In this document: positions 60,487 through 64,000 of the stretch, piece after piece
Layout of the letters: every line of letters begins with the position of its first letter
Position numbering within the stretch: the first letter of the stretch is position 1
Assembly: GCA_038064975.1 (NCBI GenBank)
Contig: JBBTRX010000001.1
Coordinates: forward strand, 336-64,335
Length of the DNA: 64,000 bases
Direction: 5' to 3'
Origin: Patescibacteria group bacterium
Lineage (GTDB): Bacteria; Patescibacteriota; Minisyncoccia; UBA6257; 1-14-0-10-40-38
Program-made: the position numbers and the translations under genes
The notes under the pieces: generated by a model
Seen by the model: only the letters and a program-made list of their open reading frames with translations
Database searches by the model: none
Told to the model about the DNA's origin: nothing

Positions 60487-60795
60487 TTATTCCCCTGCTT
60501 CTGGTGTAAAAACGTGAGGAACTTTTAGTAATCCATTGTCGTGTTCAGGAAATTGACGTACCGCACGATCCCCTCCCGGCAAAGTTTCGCCCGAAATATC
60601 ATCACGCATAACATTTTTTACCATCGTACCTCCAGACATAGGAAGCACTAATTCAGTATCAAGTGTTTTTAATTCGTCAAAATGAGCCAAAATACGCTCT
60701 AAATCATGAGCAAGCTTCTCCTCCTCGTTGCCGTGGAGATTAAGGCGGGCGAGCTTTGCAAGATGTTCTATTTCTTTTTTTCCGATATGAGACAT
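60487..60795 (-). CDS. gatC: Glu-tRNA(Gln) amidotransferase subunit C
   Basis: About 100 aa, MSHIGKKEIEHLAKLARLNL..., directly upstream of gatA. Confidence 0.8.
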   Translation of the reverse strand: MSHIGKKEIEHLAKLARLNLHGNEEEKLAHDLERILAHFDELKTLDTELVLPMSGGTMVKNVMRDDISGETLPGGDRAVRQFPEHDNGLLKVPHVFTPEAGE

Positions 60796-60900
60796 GTGCC
60801 ATCAGTATAATACGTACGCGCTGAATTGGGCAATAAAAAAACTCCCGGTTGTTCGGAACAATCGGGAGTCTGTAAGAAGGCATCATCTGCGTAAGAGCTA

Positions 60901-61389
60901 CTATTCTTGAGCTTTTTCCGGAGAAGCGCTGAGATTTGCCGATGGAAATGGAGCAGGTAGAGGAGGAAAACCCTTAATGTTAACTGGAACTACCCCTTCA
61001 TCACTCATGATGATCATAGTACCAATTTCTATTCCATCTCCACGATTACCATTCCGAGCTGATAGAAAATGATTACTCGTAAAGCGTCCTTCGATAACTT
61101 TTCCCTTCTTCGTCTGCGAAGTAATAAAGGTCTTCGGTCCATCTTTCTCGGGATGCACCGAGTCAAAGACGGTGACCACCTTTACGAGCTGACCTTTCTC
61201 CGGAAGAGGAAAATGAGGATGTTTCTGCATACCATTATAGTAGGCAGAAAATGCGGAAGCCACGAGCGCAATCATTGCAAGAAGAACGCTAACACCGCGG
61301 AAAGATGAAAGCGACGTACCCTTTTTCCAAGACATAGCAAATAGAGTCATCAACCCACCCGCAAGCAAGACCCACGTAATCAACCCCAT
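60901..61389 (-). CDS. hypothetical membrane protein
   Basis: Two N-terminal TM helices followed by a soluble domain. Confidence 0.4.
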   Translation of the reverse strand: MGLITWVLLAGGLMTLFAMSWKKGTSLSSFRGVSVLLAMIALVASAFSAYYNGMQKHPHFPLPEKGQLVKVVTVFDSVHPEKDGPKTFITSQTKKGKVIEGRFTSNHFLSARNGNRGDGIEIGTMIIMSDEGVVPVNIKGFPPLPAPFPSANLSASPEKAQE

Positions 61390-61471
61390 AAGAACCCTCC
61401 TAGTAAAGAACTATGCGAAGCGGGATTGCTTTGCTTGCATAATATACTATATTTACAAGAGATTAGTCAAG

Positions 61472-63535
<2,064 letters not shown>

Positions 63536-63653
63536 CTAACAATAAATAATTAAAATATATCAATGCTAATATACTAACGGTATTAATGATATAAATAAAG
63601 GAAATTAACGACGAATGATTGTAAATAATTGAAAGTAGAGAGTATGAGTAATT

Positions 63654-64000
63654 ATGAATCATAATAAGAAATTAGGAAGAGAAATCAAAAATTCACAAAA
63701 AGGACAGGTGATGCTTTTTTCTGTTCTAGTGATTTCCGCCGTGTTTTTGAGTGTTACCGTCATCGCTGGCCTTCTTGTGGTAAATCAATTAAGCCAAGTG
63801 ACGCGCTCAATTGACTCTGCGTCCGCTATTTATGCGGCTGATGCCGCGGTAGAGCGAGGTCTTTTCTACGCTAATCGTTGCATTAACGATGTTAAACCGA
63901 CTGGATGGCCAGAAGATATCAAGGAATTCTGCGATCAAATAGGAAATCAAGAGCCTGATACAAATGGGGGCTTTCCTCCTTTATTCTTAAATGGAGCGAC
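63654..64000 (+). CDS. hypothetical protein, partial (runs off the window end); N-terminal TM, possibly pilin-like
   Basis: MNHNKKLGREIKNSQKGQVMLFSVLVISAVFLSVTVIAGLLVVNQLS... There is no stop before position 64000. Confidence 0.35.
   Translation, partial: MNHNKKLGREIKNSQKGQVMLFSVLVISAVFLSVTVIAGLLVVNQLSQVTRSIDSASAIYAADAAVERGLFYANRCINDVKPTGWPEDIKEFCDQIGNQEPDTNGGFPPLFLNGA

Overview
This window is a compact, low-GC (roughly 42-45%) bacterial chromosome fragment. Gene content and style suggest a Candidate Phyla Radiation / Patescibacteria (Parcubacteria-like) organism; this is inference, not a database hit. Most genes are housekeeping and lie on the minus strand: groES-groEL with a CIRCE operator and a consensus sigma70 promoter; htpX-lemA; rmuC; cysS-dnaB-recR; a partial dcw cluster (mraZ-rsmH-ftsL-ftsI-murF) with murD elsewhere; rplJ-rplL; trmD-KH-rpsP; an SMC-like gene with rnc; nusB-rpmF; dnaE-thrS; gatB with thyX and dcd; secE-nusG-rplK; gyrB; gatC-gatA; ligA; and six tRNA genes. 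rplK is not followed by rplA; a duplicated rplK 3' end and a structured spacer sit where rplA would be. PheRS is a single-chain mitochondrial-type enzyme (PheS catalytic core fused to an FDX-ACB anticodon-binding domain). The accessory content is the interesting part. (1) A complete diversity-generating retroelement (DGR) at about 40.4-42.9 kb: reverse transcriptase with the IGxxxSQ signature, an Avd-like four-helix-bundle gene, and a ~122-bp template repeat (TR) / variable repeat (VR) pair. All 14-15 TR/VR differences fall on TR adenines of the coding strand. A Mu Gam-like gene lies next to it. (2) Three tandem paralogous cell-surface repeat proteins at 8.6-13.4 kb share a conserved C-terminal C[LV]PYW[ST]RR motif. 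(3) An 88-bp inverted repeat pair (11.72 kb and 16.28 kb) supplies the identical 5' leader to paralog 2 and to recR, and brackets paralog 3 together with cysS and dnaB. (4) A partial LAGLIDADG homing endonuclease gene runs off the left edge. (5) There are several dispersed short-repeat families and GC-elevated islets, one of them next to tRNA-Val. All coordinates were derived by hand from the printed sequence and the ORF track and may be off by 1-2 nt.
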